Shown here: piece after piece, positions 48,582 to 57,859 of the stretch
Layout of the letters: every line of letters begins with the position of its first letter
Position numbering within the stretch: position 1 is the stretch's first letter
Source: an uncultured Actinomycetes bacterium
GTDB lineage: Bacteria > Actinomycetota > UBA4738 > HRBIN12
Direction of reading: 5' to 3'
DNA: 64,000 nt
Assembly: GCA_963695975.1 (NCBI GenBank)
Contig: CAVOIB010000002.1
Location: 589,855-653,854 of the forward strand
The notes under the pieces: generated by a model
The model's input: only the letters and a program-made list of their open reading frames with translations
Databases searched by the model: none
What the model was told of the DNA's origin: nothing
Program-made: the position numbers and the translations under genes

Positions 48582-50741
48582 CTACGCGGGTCCGAAGGTG
48601 TCGACGGCGGCCGGGACGAGTCCACGTTGCGGTTCGCCGTCGTCCCCTGTCCCCGCGTCGCCCTCTCCCGCGGAGGGGAGATAGACACGGAACGAGGCCC
48701 CGCCGCCTTCCCGCTCCTCGACCCACGCCCGCCCGCCGTGGAGCTCGGCGAACCGAGTCACGAGCGAGAGGCCGATGCCGACGCCCGGGTTGTGACGGAC
48801 GACCTCGTTCCCCTGGCGGAACGGTTCGAAGATCGAGTTGCGGATGTCTTCAGGGACGCCAGGCCCAGCGTCCTCCACCAGGATGAGCACGCCGCTCGCG
48901 TCCTCGCTCGCACCGACCCAGATCGGCGTACCGGGGGGTGTGTAGCGGATCGCGTTCGCGACGAGGTTCTCGACGATCCGTTCGACCTGTGCCGCATCGA
49001 CGTTCGCGGGAACGGGATCGGTCACGGTGAGCTCGATCGGATGGCTATCTGAGGCCGTTTCCTGGAGGACCCGAGCGAGGATCTGTGTCATGTCCACGTG
49101 GGCGCGGTTGGGTGCCACGATGCCGCGGGACATGCGGTCGAGGTCGAGCAGGTTCGTCAGCAGGCGGTGGAGCTTGCGGGCGTTGGCTGCGATACGCCCG
49201 ACCAGGTCGTGCTCGTCCTCCCGGGAGATCTGCTCGCGGCCGAGGCTCCCCTCCAGCGTCAGGGCGCAGCCGAGGATGCTGGTGAGCGGCGTCCGAAGGT
49301 CGTGAGACACGGCCTGCAGGAACGAGTTCTGCATCTCGTGGAGCGCTCGAAGACGCGTGGCGGCCTCCTTCTCGGCGTCGAGCGCCTTGACCAGCTGGGC
49401 TTCGGCCTGCTTCTGCTCAGTGACGTCGTACATCACGCCCTGCAGGCTGACCGGCCGTCCGGTCTCGTCCTCGAGCGCCTCTGCCTCCTCGTGGATCCAG
49501 ATCACCTGGCCGTCCTTGCCGACGATCCGATACTCACAGGCCATCCGGGGCTCGCCGTTCAGCAGCCGGAGTTCGGCGTCCAACGCGCGCTCGCGATCCT
49601 CGGGGAGGATGCGCTCACGCCACAGTTCCGCCTGTCCTGTCCATTCATCCTGACTGAAGCCGAGGATCGATTCGATCTTCGGGCTGATGTAGCGCCACGC
49701 CGCATCCTTGCCGAACTCGGCGATGTAGACGACGGCCGGAAGGCCTTCGACGAGCGACCGGTACTTCGCCTCGGCTTCGCGCAGCTGCCGCTCCGCCCTG
49801 CGGTACTTCCCGATGTCGACCATCAGGCCGTTCAGCCGTACCAAGACCAGGACGAACAGCACGGCGGAGGCGCCGGCGAGGACGGCGACGTCGACGTTGT
49901 CGCCTCGGAGTGCCTGGATCACGAGGACCGTCGGCGCGATCAGTGACGCCCCGGCCAGCAACGCGAGGCGCCGGCGAGGGTGCGCCAGGTCGCCCTCGGG
50001 CGTGGGTTCGTCGAGGTTCGCCATCGAGGGGTGCAGGGCCGCTGCCCCCCACAACAGGTAGAAGAAGCCCCAGCCCAACTCGAGGAGCCCGGTCGAGTTG
50101 TCGTACGACCCGTGCAGCAGGATCCACGTGTAGATCGTGTCGGTGGTGAAGAGCACCGTGATCGAGGCGATCATCAGGTAGAACGCGGGGGGCCGGCGTC
50201 CGCGGCCGACCGCGAGGCGTACCGCTACGCCGAACAACAGCATGTCCATGATGGGGTAGGCCATCGAGGTCAGCTTCTGGATCAGCGGGATCGATTGGTC
50301 GTGCGCGTAGGGGGCCAGCAGGAAGACCCAAGAGAGCGTCCCGACCCCGATGGCGATGATCAGCGAGTCGATGAGACTGGCGCGGTCGCGGCCGGGGCTG
50401 CGCCGACGAACCAGCAGCAACACTCCGGCGATCAGCGGGGGATAGACGCTCAGGTAGAGCAGGTCGCCGATCGACGGGAACGGCGGCGCGGTCCCGAAGA
50501 AGCGCTCGTAGTTGTACGTGATCACATCGCCGGCGACGAAGAGCGTCTGCCCGATCGCGAAGAGGTACCAGGGCAGACGCTGGCGAGGTTCGTGCAGCCT
50601 CGCCGCGATGACGATGGCGATCGGTGCTGAGAGTCCGATCAGGTTGAACAGTGGGCCGACGCGGATCGGGTGGACGAACACGAACGCGGTAAGCACCGCG
50701 CCGCCGATGGTCAGGTAGAGGGCCCACGCCCGAGCTTTCAT
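48582..50741 (-). CDS. Membrane sensor, PAS and histidine kinase (orphan)
   Basis: Same N-terminal polytopic domain as the 43973..47161 protein. HisKA H-box SHDLRTPL; HATPase N, G1 and G2 boxes. No response regulator is adjacent. Confidence 0.85.
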   Translation of the reverse strand: MKARAWALYLTIGGAVLTAFVFVHPIRVGPLFNLIGLSAPIAIVIAARLHEPRQRLPWYLFAIGQTLFVAGDVITYNYERFFGTAPPFPSIGDLLYLSVYPPLIAGVLLLVRRRSPGRDRASLIDSLIIAIGVGTLSWVFLLAPYAHDQSIPLIQKLTSMAYPIMDMLLFGVAVRLAVGRGRRPPAFYLMIASITVLFTTDTIYTWILLHGSYDNSTGLLELGWGFFYLLWGAAALHPSMANLDEPTPEGDLAHPRRRLALLAGASLIAPTVLVIQALRGDNVDVAVLAGASAVLFVLVLVRLNGLMVDIGKYRRAERQLREAEAKYRSLVEGLPAVVYIAEFGKDAAWRYISPKIESILGFSQDEWTGQAELWRERILPEDRERALDAELRLLNGEPRMACEYRIVGKDGQVIWIHEEAEALEDETGRPVSLQGVMYDVTEQKQAEAQLVKALDAEKEAATRLRALHEMQNSFLQAVSHDLRTPLTSILGCALTLEGSLGREQISREDEHDLVGRIAANARKLHRLLTNLLDLDRMSRGIVAPNRAHVDMTQILARVLQETASDSHPIELTVTDPVPANVDAAQVERIVENLVANAIRYTPPGTPIWVGASEDASGVLILVEDAGPGVPEDIRNSIFEPFRQGNEVVRHNPGVGIGLSLVTRFAELHGGRAWVEEREGGGASFRVYLPSAGEGDAGTGDDGEPQRGLVPAAVDTFGPA

Positions 50742-50807
50742 CGCACTCTCGATATCGGGATGCTGGGACGGAGACCTTAGGGTGTAGCAGGCTGCGATCG
50801 AGCGCGA

Positions 50808-52109
50808 TCAGGGGGTGGTGCCGATGGTCTGGCGGAGCTGGAACCGATCGCGGAGCGTTCCCAGGACCGAGATCAGATGGTCGATCTCCTCGGGGGTGTT
50901 GGCCGCGGTCACCTGGATCCGGAACCCGACCTCGTCCTTCGGGACGAGCGGATACGCCGCCATCGTCACGTAGATCCCTTGGTCGTAGAGGTATCGACCG
51001 ACCTCGTCGATCTCGTCGTGGTCGGCGAGCGACACCTCGATGATCGGGAACCCGCTCTCGTTCGGCGTGCGGATCCCCAAGCGATCGAGCGCGTCCAGCA
51101 CGCGGTGGGTCATCTCCCACATCGTGAACCGCGCGAGGTCGCCGCGCCTGCGGTTCACCTCGAGGCCGGCGATCGTCGTGGCGAGCGAGGCGACGGGCGA
51201 TGGCCCCGAGTAGAGGTACGGCGGCGCGAGTACCTTCAGCGCGTCCTTCAACCTCGTCGGGAGCGCCATGAAGGCCAGGAGCGAGGAGTACGACTTCGAG
51301 AATCCGGCCACCATCACGACGTGTTCATAGCCGACGCCTTGGTGACGGAAGACGCTGTTCCCCTTGGTGCCGTAGTCGCAAAGCTCGTCCGGCGAGCGCT
51401 CGCCGATGACGCCGAACCCATGGGCATCGTCCAGGTAGAGCAGCGCGTCGTGCGCGCAGGCGATGCGGGCGAACTCCCCGACGTCGGGCGCGTTGCCGGT
51501 CATCGAGTTGACCCCGTCCATGGCGATCACGCGGGGCAGGCCTGGGTCGCTCGCGGTGATGAGCTCCTCCAGGTGCGCCGCGTCGTTGTGTCGGAATCGG
51601 ACGACCTGTGCTCCGTGACCTGCGGCGACCATGGCGCCGTCGTAGATCGTCTTGTGGGCGCGCCCGTCCAGGAATACCGTGCCGTCGCCGACCAGCACGG
51701 GGATCGTCGACATGTGGATGTGGGTGATCGTCGGGAGCAGGAGCACGTCCTCGCAGACGAGGAGGTCGGTCATCTCCTCCTCGATCTCCTCGTAGAGCCG
51801 TGGGCTGCCGAGGAGTCGCGACCAGCTGGGGTGGGTTCCCCACTTCGCCAGATAGTCGGGGACCGCGGCGATGATCTCCTCGTCCAGGTCGAACCCCAGG
51901 TAGTTGCACGAGGCGAAGTCGGTGAGCCAATGATCGCCGATCCTGATCTTCCGGCCGACCTGTTCGTCGATCACGGCATCCACCATCGGGTGCTCGTGCT
52001 TCAGACGGGTGAGATCGGAGGTCGTGGCGACCCAGCGGTCAAGCCAGCCGTCACCCTGCCGCCTGCGCGGCTTGCCGTTCGGGGACGGCTCCACCTGGGC
52101 ATCCGACAT
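50808..52109 (-). CDS. Alpha-oxoamine synthase family PLP enzyme (BioF/serine-palmitoyltransferase-like)
   Basis: Fold-type I with PLP lysine context VMVAGFSKSY and DDAHGFGVIG. Start taken as MSDAQ; the ORF begins at 52220. Confidence 0.75.
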   Translation of the reverse strand: MSDAQVEPSPNGKPRRRQGDGWLDRWVATTSDLTRLKHEHPMVDAVIDEQVGRKIRIGDHWLTDFASCNYLGFDLDEEIIAAVPDYLAKWGTHPSWSRLLGSPRLYEEIEEEMTDLLVCEDVLLLPTITHIHMSTIPVLVGDGTVFLDGRAHKTIYDGAMVAAGHGAQVVRFRHNDAAHLEELITASDPGLPRVIAMDGVNSMTGNAPDVGEFARIACAHDALLYLDDAHGFGVIGERSPDELCDYGTKGNSVFRHQGVGYEHVVMVAGFSKSYSSLLAFMALPTRLKDALKVLAPPYLYSGPSPVASLATTIAGLEVNRRRGDLARFTMWEMTHRVLDALDRLGIRTPNESGFPIIEVSLADHDEIDEVGRYLYDQGIYVTMAAYPLVPKDEVGFRIQVTAANTPEEIDHLISVLGTLRDRFQLRQTIGTTP

Positions 52110-52327
52110 CCGGCGTCGGATCTGCCCTCGGGGTCTGCCGTTCGACGCTCCGTTATCGGTCGACGGGAGTTCCATGGAATACCCACATCGGCGCATCCCC
52201 ACGCCGACTTGAAGGGGCACGGGGGGTGACTCCGCCCCCGTCCATCTGGGGGAGTCCGTCTGGTGGTGCGCCCGGCCTCGCCGTAGACTCGGCCCTTCCG
52301 CGAGGCCGAAGACGATGGGGGAGCGCG

Positions 52328-53686
52328 GTGCGCGCGATCGACCGGTCGAGGATCCACGACCTGATGGAGCGTGAGCGGCAGACGTTCCGTGAACGGCATC
52401 CTCGATGCGGTGCGCTGGCGGAGGAGGCCAAGGCCTCGCTCCTCTACGGCGTGCCGATGAACTGGATGGTCCGCTGGCCGGGCGACTGGCCGGTGTTCGT
52501 CGATCGGGCGGAGGGCGCGCGCTTCACGGACGTCGACGGGAACACCTACGTCGATCTCTGCCTCGGTGACACCGGCGGCATGGCCGGACACGCGCCGAAG
52601 GCCGCGGTCGAGGCGATCGCCGAGCAGGCCGCCCGTGGGATCACGCTGATGCTCCCGACCGAGGACGCGGCGTGGGTGGGCTCGGAGATGGCTCGGCGCT
52701 TCGGTCTCCCGTACTGGCAATTCTGCCTGACGGCGACCGACGCGAACCGCTTCGTGATCCGTTGGGCGCGGGAGGTCACCGGCCGTCCGAAGATCGTCGT
52801 GCATAACTGGAACTACCACGGCTCGGTCGACGAGACGTTCGCGCGGTTGGACGACGGCGGAAACGTCCGGGCCCGCGAGGGCTTGGTTGGGCCGCCGGTC
52901 CCGTTGGACGTGACGACCAAGGTGGTTGAGATCAACGACCTCGATGGTCTGGAGGCCGTCTTGAGGGCGGGCGACGTGGCATGTTGCCTCTTCGAGCCCG
53001 CGCTCACGAACATCGGGATCGTCCTGCCCGATCCGGGCTACCACGACGGCGTCCGCGACCTGTGCTCGAGGAACGGGACGCTCCTCGTGATCGACGAGAC
53101 CCACACGATCTGCGCCGGCCCTGGCGGATGCACGAAAGCGTGGGGTCTCCGCCCGGACATCGTGACGATCGGTAAGACGCTCGGCGCGGGGATCCCGAGC
53201 GCCGCCTACGGCATGACCGAAGACGTGGCGCGCCGGATCGTGGAGCACACCGACTTCCAGCACATCGACGTCGGCGGCACGGGCGGGACGCTCGCCGGGA
53301 ACGCCCTATCGTTCGCCGCGATGCGGGCGACGCTCGGTCAGGTCCTCACCGACGAGGCGTTCGTGCAGATGATCGCGCTCGGCGAACGGTTCGAGCGCGG
53401 TGTGGCGGATGTCATCGCGTCGCGCGAGCTGCCGTGGCATGTGACGCGTCTTGGGTGCCGAGTGGAGTACCTGTTCCGGCCGGATGCGGCCAGGAGCGGC
53501 GCTCAAGCGGCGGCCGGGCAAGACGAAGAGCTCGATCCCCTGATCCATCTCTACCTGTTGAACCGAGGGATCTTGATCACCCCGTTCCACAACATGGCGC
53601 TGATGTCCCCGGCGACGACCGCCCAGGATGTGGACGCGCACACCGAGACGTACGCGCAAGCTGTCGACGAGCTGGTGGGAGGTTGA
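52328..53686 (+). CDS. Class-III (GSA/BioA-like) aminotransferase
   Basis: PLP lysine TIGKTLGAG, VIDETHT and HNWNYHGS motifs. Start uncertain: GTG at 52328 or ATG at 52364. Confidence 0.75.
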   Translation: MRAIDRSRIHDLMERERQTFRERHPRCGALAEEAKASLLYGVPMNWMVRWPGDWPVFVDRAEGARFTDVDGNTYVDLCLGDTGGMAGHAPKAAVEAIAEQAARGITLMLPTEDAAWVGSEMARRFGLPYWQFCLTATDANRFVIRWAREVTGRPKIVVHNWNYHGSVDETFARLDDGGNVRAREGLVGPPVPLDVTTKVVEINDLDGLEAVLRAGDVACCLFEPALTNIGIVLPDPGYHDGVRDLCSRNGTLLVIDETHTICAGPGGCTKAWGLRPDIVTIGKTLGAGIPSAAYGMTEDVARRIVEHTDFQHIDVGGTGGTLAGNALSFAAMRATLGQVLTDEAFVQMIALGERFERGVADVIASRELPWHVTRLGCRVEYLFRPDAARSGAQAAAGQDEELDPLIHLYLLNRGILITPFHNMALMSPATTAQDVDAHTETYAQAVDELVGG

Positions 53687-53688
53687 CC

Positions 53689-54057
53689 GTGACCGACGCG
53701 AGGATCGCGTACGTGCTGCTGGATTCCACCGACCCTGCCGCACTCGTCCCGTTCTGGACCGAGCTGCTTGGAGTGGGGGTCGCGGCGACCGTGGACGAGG
53801 GGGCCTTCGTGGTGTTGGATGCCGCGGCCGACGGCCCCCCCGCGCTCGCGTTCCAGCGCGTCCCTGAGTCGAAGTCGGGGAAGAATCGCATGCACCTCGA
53901 CCTGGTCGTGGACGACCTGGAAGCTGCGACCCAGCGGATCACCGAGATGGGCGGCGTCTGGCTCGACGGCGAGACGCGCGAGATCGGCGGCTACCGCTGG
54001 CGGTGCATGGCCGACCCCGAGGGTAACGAGTTCGACATCGTTCCGGACGACAACTAG
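53689..54057 (+). CDS. VOC/glyoxalase-family protein
   Basis: 122 aa. Metal-ligand pattern MHLDLVVDD and C-terminal PEGNEFDIV. GTG start 2 nt after the aminotransferase stop. Confidence 0.65.
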   Translation: MTDARIAYVLLDSTDPAALVPFWTELLGVGVAATVDEGAFVVLDAAADGPPALAFQRVPESKSGKNRMHLDLVVDDLEAATQRITEMGGVWLDGETREIGGYRWRCMADPEGNEFDIVPDDN

Positions 54058-54072
54058 TCTGGGATAGACTAG
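54054..54072. repeat. Palindrome CTAGTCT-GGGAT-AGACTAG (copy 3 of 3)
   Basis: Contains the TAG stop of the VOC gene on the + strand and the TAG stop of serC on the - strand. Confidence 0.6.
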
Positions 54073-55172
54073 CCTGCGGTCGCAGCGAAATCCCACATGA
54101 AGTCGGCGAGCGCTCGCGCCCCCTCGATGGGCATGGCGTTGTAGATGGAGGCACGGATCCCGCCGACGCTCCGGTGCCCCTTCAGTTCGGCCATGCCGCG
54201 GGCGGCCGACTCCGCCACGAAGCGACGTTCGTGCGCCTCGTCGGGCAGCCGGAACGTGACGTTCATGAGGGAGCGCGATCCCGCCCGCGCATGGCCTCGA
54301 TAGAAGCCCTCGCTCCCATCGATCGCGTCGTAGATCAAGCCCGCCTTCTCACGGTTGATGGCGAGCTGCGCCTCGAGGCCGCCAACATCGTCCTTCAGCC
54401 AGCGCGTGACGAGCGTCAGCACGTAGATCGCGAACACCGGTGGCGTGTTGTGCATGGATGCCGATGTGGCGTAGGTGCGGTAGTCGAGCATCGTCGGCAG
54501 CCCGTCGGGCACACGATCGAGCATATCTTCGCGAACGACCGCCACGGTGACGCCGGCCGGTCCGGCGTTCTTCTGCGCGCCCGCGTAGAGCACGCCGTAC
54601 GGCTTCAGGTCCACGGGCCGCGAGAGGAAGTCGGATGATGCGTCGCAGACCAGTGGCACGCCATCGGGAACTGCGGGTGTGTCGGGGAACTCGACGCCCT
54701 GGATGGTCTCGTTCGACGTGACGTGGACGTAAGCGGCCGCGTCGTCGAGGACAGCGCCGAGCTCCTCGTCACCGGGCACGCGGACGAACCCCTCGGCCTT
54801 CCCGGACCACACCCGGCGGACCGGACCCTCGCGTTCGGCTTCGACGACGGCCTTCTCGCTCCAGGTCCCGGTCACGACGTGATCGGCGGACCGCGGGCGG
54901 CCTCGGAGCAGGTTCATCGCGACCATCGAGAACTGCAGCGTGGCGCCGCCTTGACAGAACAGGACGTGATGGCTGTCGGGGATCGACAGCAGCGCCCGGA
55001 GGTTCGCCTCGGCCTCCCCGATCACGCCCTCGAACCACGGGCTGCGATGCGAGACCTCGAGGGGTGAGGCGCCGAGCCCAGGGAGCGAGATCAGGTCGCG
55101 CTGCACCTCCTCGAGAACCTTGAGCGGAAGGATCGCCGGTCCGGCAGAGAAGCTGTAGACGCGGTCGCTCAT
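54069..55172 (-). CDS. serC: Phosphoserine aminotransferase
   Basis: Class-V aminotransferase, 368 aa. FSAGPA N-terminus and PLP lysine context GAQKNAGPAG. The 461-aa track ORF was trimmed. Confidence 0.85.
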   Translation of the reverse strand: MSDRVYSFSAGPAILPLKVLEEVQRDLISLPGLGASPLEVSHRSPWFEGVIGEAEANLRALLSIPDSHHVLFCQGGATLQFSMVAMNLLRGRPRSADHVVTGTWSEKAVVEAEREGPVRRVWSGKAEGFVRVPGDEELGAVLDDAAAYVHVTSNETIQGVEFPDTPAVPDGVPLVCDASSDFLSRPVDLKPYGVLYAGAQKNAGPAGVTVAVVREDMLDRVPDGLPTMLDYRTYATSASMHNTPPVFAIYVLTLVTRWLKDDVGGLEAQLAINREKAGLIYDAIDGSEGFYRGHARAGSRSLMNVTFRLPDEAHERRFVAESAARGMAELKGHRSVGGIRASIYNAMPIEGARALADFMWDFAATAG

Positions 55173-55214
55173 CCAGGACCAGGGTATCGTGACTCCCCGT
55201 TCGAAAGGCTCGAC

Positions 55215-56219
55215 ATGGCGTACAAGCGGATCTTGTTCGGCACCGATGGTTCGGCGTCCGCCCGGGCCGCTGGCGCGGTCGCCGCAGCTCTTGCGAAGGC
55301 AGGCAAGGCGCAACTGATCGTTGCGTGCGCGTTCGCCAAACCGACCGACGCGGAACGCGTGGTCGCCGCCGGCGTCGAGGAGGCGGAGGCGGCCGGTGTC
55401 CGCCGGGTCGAGGGGGAGAGCCGCGCCGGCCTCCCGGCCGACGCGTTGATCCAACTTTCGGACGAGCGCGATGTCGGATTGCTGGTCGTCTCGGGCGGCA
55501 GCGGCGGCAAGGGGCTCGGATCGGTGGCGAATCGGCTCGCCTTGCGTTCTCCTCGAGACGTCCTTCTGGTGATCGGCTCGGCGTCGACGGACGCGGATGC
55601 GCCGGTCTATCGACGGGTGGTGATCGCGACCGACGGTTCATCCACGGCGGATCGCGCCGCGCGCAAGGGATACGAGCTCGCCGAGACGCTAGGCGTGCCG
55701 GTCACGATCGTCTTCGTCGGGCACCCGAAGACGGGCGAGCTCGTGACGCAGGACACGATCGCGACGTATGCGGGTGAGGTGCCGACCGACGTGATGCTCC
55801 GAGAGGGACAGCCTGCGGCGCAGATCCTGGCGGCCGCCGACGAGGCGGACGCGGGCGTGGTGGTCGTCGGGAACAAGGGGATGACGGGCGCCAAGGGATT
55901 CCTGCTCGGATCCGTGCCGCAAGAGGTGGCCGAGGGATCCACCCGAGACGTGCTGATCGCCCGCACGGTCACGCAGATCGTCTCCGATCTCTCGCGGGGT
56001 GAGGGTGGGATCGTCGAGCGCGCAGGCGAGAAGATGGCCGTCTTCGTCGACGATGCTGGTGAACTCCACGTGATGAGCGCGCGCTGCACGCACATGGGAT
56101 GCACGGTCGCATGGAACCCGGGGGAAGGGACGTTCGATTGTCCCTGTCACGGGTCGCGGTTCGGCCCGATTGGCGATGTCGTGAACGGCCCGGCGGCGCG
56201 TCAGCTTCCGCCCGCCTGA
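55215..56219 (+). CDS. Tandem universal-stress-protein (UspA) domains fused to a C-terminal Rieske [2Fe-2S] domain
   Basis: Two Usp ATP-binding folds (VVVGNKGMTGAKGFLLGSV). C-terminal box I CTHMGC and box II CPCHGS. Confidence 0.7.
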   Translation: MAYKRILFGTDGSASARAAGAVAAALAKAGKAQLIVACAFAKPTDAERVVAAGVEEAEAAGVRRVEGESRAGLPADALIQLSDERDVGLLVVSGGSGGKGLGSVANRLALRSPRDVLLVIGSASTDADAPVYRRVVIATDGSSTADRAARKGYELAETLGVPVTIVFVGHPKTGELVTQDTIATYAGEVPTDVMLREGQPAAQILAAADEADAGVVVVGNKGMTGAKGFLLGSVPQEVAEGSTRDVLIARTVTQIVSDLSRGEGGIVERAGEKMAVFVDDAGELHVMSARCTHMGCTVAWNPGEGTFDCPCHGSRFGPIGDVVNGPAARQLPPA

Positions 56220-56232
56220 CGGAGCTGATCGC

Positions 56233-56703
56233 TCAGAACGGCTGGAACATCATCAGGTAGAGGATCGCGAGCAATCCGATCACGCCGATCGTCGTGATCA
56301 GGTGCGCCTCGTTCGATCTAAGGAGTTGCTGGAGCTCCTCATCGGAGACCCGAGGTACCCCCGACGGCCGGACCTCGCACGCGGCGGTGACCCGCTGGAA
56401 GTAGGGCTTAGCGAGCACGGTCATCAAGGCGATCGTGATCAGCAGGATCAGGATCGAGGTCAAGAGCCACCAAGCCGAGAGCACGTGCAGCGAGATCGCC
56501 GTACCAACGCCGCCTACCACGAGCACACCGAGGGCGATGTACATCGGCTTGGTGGTCGTTCCGCTGAACGCGATCAGCCCTGCGATCTTCTGTCGATCGC
56601 GCTCGCCGCGGATCCGGTAGAGCACGACCAAAGACACGCCGTGCGCGCCGACGAACGCCAGCACGCCGGCGACATGCAGAAAGAGCCACCATTGCCAGGC
56701 CAT
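56233..56703 (-). CDS. Integral membrane protein, hypothetical (4 TM)
   Basis: 156 aa, hydrophobic helices, high GC3. Confidence 0.5.
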   Translation of the reverse strand: MAWQWWLFLHVAGVLAFVGAHGVSLVVLYRIRGERDRQKIAGLIAFSGTTTKPMYIALGVLVVGGVGTAISLHVLSAWWLLTSILILLITIALMTVLAKPYFQRVTAACEVRPSGVPRVSDEELQQLLRSNEAHLITTIGVIGLLAILYLMMFQPF

Positions 56704-56987
56704 GGGCGGCTCACCATACCGAACAGAGACGCGTTCAACCCGCGTCTTGCCCGCGGTGATGGTGGATCCGCAGGATATGACCTCTGGACCGGATCCCTCG
56801 GCGCAGATGTACCCGGTTCGGGAGGATCCCCCATCGGCGGCTCAGCGGCTGTTTCGACTCATGAGCGCCGAGCGCCCGGATCATGTCGGAGCGTGAACGG
56901 ATCCGCATCTCGATCCCCTCCTACCCGACCGTAGCGCGCGGCCGGAAACAGTGGCGGAGCCGAAGGTCCCGGCGATGGAGGGACCGC

Positions 56988-57836
56988 TCAGCCGCGATCG
57001 AGCGGACGCGTCAGGCAGGTCGGCCCACCATCGCCCTTCAGCGAGATCTCCTCGCCGCGGTAGGTGCGCACGTCGACTCCCGCGGCCTCCATCCGCCGCC
57101 GGGTCTCGTCGTTGCCCTCCAGGGCGAGCGCTATCCGAGGTCCGAGCGCGAGGACGTTCGGCCCCATCGTGTCGAACTCGTCGTCCGGCACCTCGACCAG
57201 GCGCACGTCTCGTTCCCGCAGGAGCTCCAGCAGACGCACCGGCATCATCGGCGGGAACGCCACGGCGAGGTCGACGTCGAGCGGCGAGATGAACGACAGC
57301 AGATGCAGGCATGCGTCCGGTCCTCGGTGGTGCGGCAGGTCGAAGACCACGACGTCGACGGAGGGCCCGAGCAGGGCTCGCAGCTGATCGAGCCCGTCGT
57401 CGTTGGTGCGATATCCGCGGCCGGCGAGCAGCGTGGACGGGTCGAGCCAGCAGAGGTCACCCCCCTCGACCGTGCCAGGGGGCTTAACGCTGCCGACGGT
57501 CGGGATGCCGGCGGTCGCGAGGTCGGTGGCGATCGCGTCGGGCTCGGCTCGCCTTTCGGGCTTGCCCGGCCGGAGCAGGATCGCGCCTGTGTCGGTCAAC
57601 AGGATCGGGTCGTACGTGTAGATCGCATCGGGGTCGCCCGGGACCGCGACCGCCCCGAGCAGCACCACGGCGCCCGCGCGTTCGAGCTCCGCCCGGAATG
57701 CAGCGTGTTCGTCGGAAGCTCGAGCCAGGTCGGGTTGTGCGTGCCAGCCGTAGGCACGCCACGCTTGCGAGTCGTCCGCCACGGGGTCGCGAACGTAGAC
57801 GCGATGCAGGGCGCCCGTCTGGTCCTGGATCGACAT
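56988..57836 (-). CDS. Amidinotransferase-superfamily hydrolase (dimethylarginine dimethylaminohydrolase / arginine-deiminase-like)
   Basis: 282 aa. The C-terminal catalytic Cys in GGPTCLTRPL is the hallmark of DDAH/ADI/AGAT enzymes. Confidence 0.6.
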   Translation of the reverse strand: MSIQDQTGALHRVYVRDPVADDSQAWRAYGWHAQPDLARASDEHAAFRAELERAGAVVLLGAVAVPGDPDAIYTYDPILLTDTGAILLRPGKPERRAEPDAIATDLATAGIPTVGSVKPPGTVEGGDLCWLDPSTLLAGRGYRTNDDGLDQLRALLGPSVDVVVFDLPHHRGPDACLHLLSFISPLDVDLAVAFPPMMPVRLLELLRERDVRLVEVPDDEFDTMGPNVLALGPRIALALEGNDETRRRMEAAGVDVRTYRGEEISLKGDGGPTCLTRPLDRG

Positions 57837-57859
57837 CGACCGTCGTTCCCATCGCGGGT

